The position numbers were made by a program, and so were the translations under genes. From NCBI GenBank assembly GCA_045651205.1, contig JAZRSA010000050.1, positions 29,723 to 93,722 on the forward strand: a stretch of DNA of 64,000 nt, read 5' to 3'. This document shows positions 58,449 through 64,000 of this stretch, piece by piece (position 1 is the first letter of the stretch; each line of letters starts with the position of its first letter). This stretch comes from Clostridia bacterium (GTDB lineage: Bacteria; Bacillota; Clostridia; TANB77; CAG-465). The notes below the pieces were generated by a model. The model was not told the origin of the DNA. It did no database searches and worked only from the letters and a program-made list of their open reading frames with translations.

Positions 58449-58994
58449 TTACAAATTAATCATACCTGCCGAAAGTCTTTCATAACACTCTCTACATACA
58501 GGCATGTACCCTGCTTCTCCAACAAGAATATCTGAATCTTTTGGTCCAGAATAGTATGTATATATTGCTTCTTCACACTTACACACTTCGCATACTGATG
58601 TCATAAGCTCTATTTTATCTGCCATACACATTACTTCTCCCATTCTTCCAAATGGTTTTCTGTCAGATGTTAAGTTAAGTCCGGAAATATATATTCTCTT
58701 GTCCTTATTTGCCAGTCTGTTTATTGCTTCTAGATCTCCGTCTAAGAATTGGAATTCATCTATTACATAAACATCTGCATCATATTGTTCGATATCTTCT
58801 ATACAAGATATATTTAATGTATCTAACTCTTTTCCCGACCTTGTTACTATTTTATTATCTGCAAATCTATTATCTATTCCAGGCTTGAATACCATTATAT
58901 CTTTGCCTCTAATCTTTTGTATTGTTGCTGCTTCTATAGCTCTTTTAGTTTTGCCACACTTCATAGGTCCTGTAAATACATTAATACTTCCCAT
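58449..58994 (-). CDS. tdk: Thymidine kinase
   Basis: GPMKCGKT, DEFQF, GL...PFG, CEVC, Y.PVCRECY. Confidence 0.93.
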   Translation of the reverse strand: MGSINVFTGPMKCGKTKRAIEAATIQKIRGKDIMVFKPGIDNRFADNKIVTRSGKELDTLNISCIEDIEQYDADVYVIDEFQFLDGDLEAINRLANKDKRIYISGLNLTSDRKPFGRMGEVMCMADKIELMTSVCEVCKCEEAIYTYYSGPKDSDILVGEAGYMPVCRECYERLSAGMINL

Positions 58995-58998
58995 ATTT

Positions 58999-59727
58999 TT
59001 AACCTTCCATATCTTTATTTATATTATATTCTGTTAATACTTCATAACCATCTTGCTTGCTATATCTTAAATCGTATATTTTAAGCGCACACGTTGCAAA
59101 TCTTAATTCTGCCATTTTTTTATATGTTAAGTTTTGTAATCTCTTAGATATTAATTTAAGCGGATTTGCGTGAGTTACTATTACTATTGTGTTCTTTTCA
59201 TTTGCCGGAACAAGTATTTCATCTAAAAACTCATTAAGTCTTTTTTCTACATCAAAAATACTTTCTGAACGTGGAATAATATTCTCTAACTTCTTAATTG
59301 GCAAATTAAGCTTTTCTGAATACTCATTTAACGTTGCGCAGCGTCTTAACTCATTTTCTGGAACAAGTCTGTTTTCTAAATCTATCTTCTTCTCAGATAA
59401 TGTGTTGTATTCCGGAAACGCTTTTGCATCAGTTCTTTTCATTCCTTGAAACATACCATAATGACGTTCGTTAAGTCTTAAATCTTTTACTATTTTCCCT
59501 TTATAGTTAAGCTCGTCTGCAAATATCTTACCAGTATCATATGTTCTAGATAAATATGATGTATATACTTTATCTATTTTAACTTGACCTAGTAACATTT
59601 GTATATCTTTAGCAGCAGTAACTGGTTCTTTTCTTCCTTTAGCTGTTAAAGGATAATCTCTCCAACCATTTATTACTCCCTCTTTAATACCTTTGCAATC
59701 TGCATGTCTCATGAATATTAATCTCAC
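58999..59727 (-). CDS. Histidine phosphatase, dPGM (GpmA-like) family
   Basis: MRHA, GWRD.PLT, TSYLSR, LNERHYG, ES, THAN. Confidence 0.82.
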   Translation of the reverse strand: MRLIFMRHADCKGIKEGVINGWRDYPLTAKGRKEPVTAAKDIQMLLGQVKIDKVYTSYLSRTYDTGKIFADELNYKGKIVKDLRLNERHYGMFQGMKRTDAKAFPEYNTLSEKKIDLENRLVPENELRRCATLNEYSEKLNLPIKKLENIIPRSESIFDVEKRLNEFLDEILVPANEKNTIVIVTHANPLKLISKRLQNLTYKKMAELRFATCALKIYDLRYSKQDGYEVLTEYNINKDMEG

Positions 59728-59739
59728 GTTTTTTCCTCC

Positions 59740-60615
59740 TTATATTATAGAGTCCACAAATTCCTTTGCATCAAATTCCTTTATATCGTCTATTTTCTCC
59801 CCTATACCAATATACTTGATTGGTATATTTAATTCGTTTATTATTGAAAATACTACGCCACCTTTTGCAGTTGAATCAAGTTTTGTAAGTATTATTCCAT
59901 CTACACTTGTCTTATCGTAAAAAGCTTTAACTTGCTCTACAGCATTTTGTCCTGTAGTAGCATCTATTACCATTAATACTTCCGTATCAACAGCAGTAAT
60001 ATTTCTATCTATTGTTTTCTTTATTTTTTCTATTTCATCCATTAGATTTTTCTTGTTATGAAGTCTTCCTGCTGTATCACAAATTAATGTATCATATCCA
60101 CCATCTGTATACTTTTTAGAAGCATCAAATACAACTGATGCAGGATCTTGTCCATCTTTTCCTGATACACAATCTACTCCTACATTTCTTGCCCATATCT
60201 CTAATTGTTCTATAGCACCAGCTCTAAATGTATCTCCAGCTGCTAATAAAACTTTGTTGCCCATTTTCTTGTATAAATTAGATATTTTAGCTATTGAAGT
60301 TGTTTTACCAACACCATTAACACCAACAACTAATATTACATTTTTGCTTTTATCGAATTCTTTAACATCTTCTAATGTTAAAATATTTATCATTTTCTCT
60401 TTCAAAAGTTCCATAACATGTTCTTTTGATGTATCATCTTCTCTTTGCAAATCTTTTCTTAATTCATTACAAATTTCTGATGTAGTTTTCATTCCTACAT
60501 CAGAAAGTATTAATAGTTCTTCTATTTCATCTATGATTTCATCAATATCTTCATGTGATTTAAAAATGTTTGAGATTCCTTTTGAAAAAGCCTCTTTAAT
60601 CTTTGAAAATATCAT
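59740..60615 (-). CDS. ftsY: Signal recognition particle receptor (NG-only)
   Basis: GVNGVGKTT, DTFRAGA, DTAGR, TKLD.TAKGG, GEKIDD. Confidence 0.96.
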   Translation of the reverse strand: MIFSKIKEAFSKGISNIFKSHEDIDEIIDEIEELLILSDVGMKTTSEICNELRKDLQREDDTSKEHVMELLKEKMINILTLEDVKEFDKSKNVILVVGVNGVGKTTSIAKISNLYKKMGNKVLLAAGDTFRAGAIEQLEIWARNVGVDCVSGKDGQDPASVVFDASKKYTDGGYDTLICDTAGRLHNKKNLMDEIEKIKKTIDRNITAVDTEVLMVIDATTGQNAVEQVKAFYDKTSVDGIILTKLDSTAKGGVVFSIINELNIPIKYIGIGEKIDDIKEFDAKEFVDSII

Positions 60616-60645
60616 TTTTGCTCCTTATATTGTTTCGTTTATTTA

Positions 60646-61143
60646 TTAAAATTTATGTCCACATTTAGTACAGAAATTAACATCTACACCATGTACAGCT
60701 TTACATTCTGGACATACTTTTTCTGTTACAACTTCTTCTACCTTTTCCTCAGGTATTCTTACTTTCTTTTGCTTAGCTCCACAATGAGGACAGAATTTAT
60801 TTTCTATTCCTATTGTTTCTTTACATTCTTCACAAACTCTTAAATCTTTAAGATATAGTGTTTTAACATCTATTTTATCTATATCTTTATACATTTTTTC
60901 TATTCTCTTACATTCTTTTGCAAGTTCTGGTGCTACTTTTTCACCACTTTTATATTTTTCGTATACCATTACACCGATTTCGCCAAGAGTTGCAGTTATT
61001 TCGTCTTCTATATCACTTGCCTTTATTTTAAGCTTAGCTTCTTCCATAAATTTAGAAGATTTATCTGCTACAGTTTTATATATTTTTTCTGCTCCATCTC
61101 CTGCTTTATCTAATACGTCTTTTACTTTATCTTTAAATTCCAT
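60646..61143 (-). CDS. Helical protein with two double zinc ribbons
   Basis: CEEC..FCPHCG and CPEC..FCTKCG. Confidence 0.8.
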   Translation of the reverse strand: MEFKDKVKDVLDKAGDGAEKIYKTVADKSSKFMEEAKLKIKASDIEDEITATLGEIGVMVYEKYKSGEKVAPELAKECKRIEKMYKDIDKIDVKTLYLKDLRVCEECKETIGIENKFCPHCGAKQKKVRIPEEKVEEVVTEKVCPECKAVHGVDVNFCTKCGHKF

Positions 61144-61182
61144 AATTAAACCTCCAATTATACCTTGTTTATATCACAAAAA

Positions 61183-62562
61183 TTATACAAGTTCAATGAT
61201 TTTTGATACTATATTTTCAAATTTCATTCCCCTTGATGCTTTAGCTGCAATAAGCGAATTTGGTGCTAAAAATCTTTCCATATGTTCATAGAATATTTCT
61301 TTAGTTTTATACCAATTTGTTTTTAATTGTTGTTTCTCATCTAAGCCATTATATGCTTGTTCCATATGTTCTCCAATAACAACAATATTAGTAATTTCTT
61401 TTTCTATAGCATATTCTATACAAGACTTATGACCGCTTAGAGTTTCATCTCCAAGTTCATACATATCTCCCATTATTATTGTCTTGCATTCTCTATTTGA
61501 AGCAGCCACTGTATCTATTAAAGATTTCATAGAAACCGGGTTTGCGTTATATGTATCATCTATTAAAAGAATGTTGTCTCCTACTTTCTTAACATCCATT
61601 CTCATTTTAAAGCCTTTATATGACTCTACACCTTTTATTATTTCTTCTATAGTCATATTGTATCTTAATCCAACAGCTATACCTGTTAAAGCTGCATATA
61701 CAAGATGTTTGCTAAGTCCTGGTATTCTTAATTCATATAAATTACCATCTATTAAAACTTCTGCTTTAACTACACCTTCGGTATAATCTACTACTGAATC
61801 TATAGCTTTAATGTCTGCATTTTCACTATATCCATACCAAACCTTTTCTATTGGATTTGTTATTGTAACTAACATATCATCATCTGCATTTAGTATCGCT
61901 ACTCCATCTTCAGGCATATTAGCAAAAACTTCTGTTTTAGCCTTTAATATATTTTCGCGAGTCTTTAAGTATTCTATATGTGCAATACCTATATTAGAAA
62001 TTACTGCAGTGTCTGGTTTTACAATCTTGCTTATACTATCTATTTGACCTAAATGATCCATTCCCATTTCTATTACAGCTATTTCATGATTACTATTTAA
62101 ACCAAGAACTGTAATAGGTGCTCCTATTTCGCTATTTAGATTTCCAGCCGTTTTTAATACATTATATTTTACGCTTAGAACTGAAGCTATCATTTCCTTA
62201 GTAGTTGTTTTACCAACACTACCTGTAATAGCCACTACCGGTATATTGAATTTTGTTCTATACCAAGTAGCTAAAGCTTTTAATGATTCTAGTGTATTTT
62301 CTACAAGGATATATACTATACCTTCTTCGTAATTTTCTAATTCTTTTTCAATAACCGCTGCTATAGCGCCATTTTCTTTTGCCATAGATATATAATTATG
62401 GCCGTCTGTATTTTCCCCTACAATAGCAAAAAATAGCCCATTAGTAGAAACTACTCTACTATCTGTGACTACTTCTTGTACATAGGAGTCAAGGATAGTA
62501 GTTTTACCTACTACCTTACCATTAGTTTTTGTTACTACATCTAACAATGATACGTTTTCCAT
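61183..62562 (-). CDS. murF: UDP-MurNAc-tripeptide--D-Ala-D-Ala ligase
   Basis: TDSR, ITGSVGKTTTK, EMGM, DTYNANP, KASRG. Confidence 0.96.
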   Translation of the reverse strand: MENVSLLDVVTKTNGKVVGKTTILDSYVQEVVTDSRVVSTNGLFFAIVGENTDGHNYISMAKENGAIAAVIEKELENYEEGIVYILVENTLESLKALATWYRTKFNIPVVAITGSVGKTTTKEMIASVLSVKYNVLKTAGNLNSEIGAPITVLGLNSNHEIAVIEMGMDHLGQIDSISKIVKPDTAVISNIGIAHIEYLKTRENILKAKTEVFANMPEDGVAILNADDDMLVTITNPIEKVWYGYSENADIKAIDSVVDYTEGVVKAEVLIDGNLYELRIPGLSKHLVYAALTGIAVGLRYNMTIEEIIKGVESYKGFKMRMDVKKVGDNILLIDDTYNANPVSMKSLIDTVAASNRECKTIIMGDMYELGDETLSGHKSCIEYAIEKEITNIVVIGEHMEQAYNGLDEKQQLKTNWYKTKEIFYEHMERFLAPNSLIAAKASRGMKFENIVSKIIELV

Positions 62563-62590
62563 TGTTCCTCCTACTTTATTAATATTACAT

Positions 62591-63646
62591 TTATTGAACT
62601 TTACCGTTATATTTTTTTAAAGATATTTCTATTATCTTTTCGCATAAATCTCCATATTCTATTCCAGCAGCTTTCGCTTCTTGTGGAAGTAAGCTTGTTG
62701 GTGTCATACCAGGTAATGTATTTGCTTCTAAACAATATGACACATTATCTGGTGTAGAAAGCATAAAGTCTATTCTTGCATAAACATTTAATCCTAATGC
62801 TTTATATGCCTTTTCTGCCTCTTTTTGCATCAATGTTGTTATAAACGGATTAAGATTTGCAGGGCAAATTTCATCTGTCATACCAGCTTGATATTTATTT
62901 TTATAATCATAGAATCCTAATCTAGGTATAATCTCTATAATTGGAAGAGCATGCCCTTCCATAACACCTATTGAGAATTCTCTACCACGAATATATTCCT
63001 CAACAATTACTGTATCATCATATTTTCTTGCGTTTACTACAGCTGCTCTTAATTCTTCCATATCTGTAGCTATTGAAACACCAACGCTCGAACCACCATT
63101 AGAAGGCTTTACAACAGCTGGAACAAATAGATCCATTTTAACATCTTCATATGTTTGTTCTTTTGTTATTGTTAATCCTTTTGCCATTCTAACACCACGT
63201 GGAATTAACATTTTACGAGTAAGATCTTTGCTCATAGCAACCATACTTCCTTCATAACCTGTTCCTGTATATTTTATATCCATTAAATCGAACGCAGCTT
63301 GAACTTTACCATTTTCTCCGTTTTCACCATGTAATGCCATAAATACTATATCTGATGCTTTACAGATATCTATTACATTTGGTCCAAAGAATTCATTTGG
63401 ATTTTCTCTTAATGCTCTTAGTTCATCTATATTTGGTATTTGATGTCCTACAACAGATCTTTTAGATAATCCATTTTCACCTAACGAAAAGACTGTACTC
63501 ATATCTACATCTTTTAAACCTAAATATACGTCTAATAATACGACATTATGTCCTTTTTCTTTTAAAGCTTTACATATTAAAGTACCTGATGTTATTGAAA
63601 CATCTCTTTCTGTACTTGTTCCTCCACATAAAACTACTATTTTCAT
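62591..63646 (-). CDS. ddl: D-alanine--D-alanine ligase
   Basis: GGTSTERDVS, LHG..GENG, VKP..GSSVG, YDYKNKY, EANTLPGMT. Confidence 0.96.
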   Translation of the reverse strand: MKIVVLCGGTSTERDVSITSGTLICKALKEKGHNVVLLDVYLGLKDVDMSTVFSLGENGLSKRSVVGHQIPNIDELRALRENPNEFFGPNVIDICKASDIVFMALHGENGENGKVQAAFDLMDIKYTGTGYEGSMVAMSKDLTRKMLIPRGVRMAKGLTITKEQTYEDVKMDLFVPAVVKPSNGGSSVGVSIATDMEELRAAVVNARKYDDTVIVEEYIRGREFSIGVMEGHALPIIEIIPRLGFYDYKNKYQAGMTDEICPANLNPFITTLMQKEAEKAYKALGLNVYARIDFMLSTPDNVSYCLEANTLPGMTPTSLLPQEAKAAGIEYGDLCEKIIEISLKKYNGKVQ

Positions 63647-63722
63647 AATTATTTACTCTCCTTTGATATATTTTACATATATCCACACCATTATATCACT
63701 ATATATTTTATATTTCTACTAT

Positions 63723-64000
63723 TTAACCAATAATTTCTAGTGTTGTACCAGTTATTATTAATCTCTTCATTCCAGCTGTTTCAAATTTAATTTCTGCAAC
63801 TTTCATATCTGAATCTTCTGTAAGACTAGTTACAATACCTACACCGAATTTCTTGTGTCTTACTTTATCTCCCTCTTTAACATCTGCACCTTTATTATTA
63901 TCTTTAGCTACAACTTTACCAATATTAACATTCTTTAAGAAGCTAGATGCATCAATTCCAATTTTAGAAGGAGCTCGTCTTGGAGAATAACCACCCATAG
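63723..64000 (-). CDS. pcrA: C-terminal Tudor-like domain of a PcrA/UvrD helicase (partial, runs off the right edge)
   Basis: GDKVRHKKFGVGIV...IKFETAGMKRL. Confidence 0.75.
   Translation of the reverse strand, partial: MGGYSPRRAPSKIGIDASSFLKNVNIGKVVAKDNNKGADVKEGDKVRHKKFGVGIVTSLTEDSDMKVAEIKFETAGMKRLIITGTTLEIIG

Noticed and set aside
62591-63646. ddl as a possible Van-type ligase
   Set aside because: The omega loop has Tyr (YDYKNKY), the gene is paired with murF, and no van genes are present.

Overview
A 64-kb chromosomal segment of a very AT-rich, spore-forming clostridial Bacillota. Most genes lie on the minus strand. The scattered 'GISLIVL' pilin-like genes resemble what I recall of uncultured gut Clostridia such as the TANB77 lineage; that assignment is inference. 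Most of the window is housekeeping: rpoZ-cmk-priA-def-fmt, ttcA, spoIIR, PBP1A, secG-rnr-trmB-U32, two tRNA-Met genes, glmS with a complete glmS ribozyme, radC-mreBCD-mrdA, mscL, mtaB, ligA, pgsA, an ABC exporter pair, serS, engB, tdk, ftsY, murF, ddl and the end of pcrA. No prophage, integrase, IS or CRISPR array is visible. The best candidate for an undescribed system is a set of four dispersed, monocistronic, non-canonical type IV pilin-like genes. They have two classes of constant N-terminus, each fused to unrelated C-terminal domains. Two copies 47 kb apart share an 83-bp block that is 81/83 identical while its flanks have diverged, which suggests gene conversion or domain shuffling. Other items worth checking: an Rpn nuclease with an internal RBS for a small C-terminal protein, bracketed by twin terminators; a tandem pair of orphan Zn-finger mini-proteins; an orphan PIN nuclease; two apparent pseudo-enzymes (zincin-like and CapA-like); an unannotated 41-aa ORF coupled to a repeat-rich 570-aa protein; a 17-repeat stalked L,D-transpeptidase; and a three-hairpin element after tdk.
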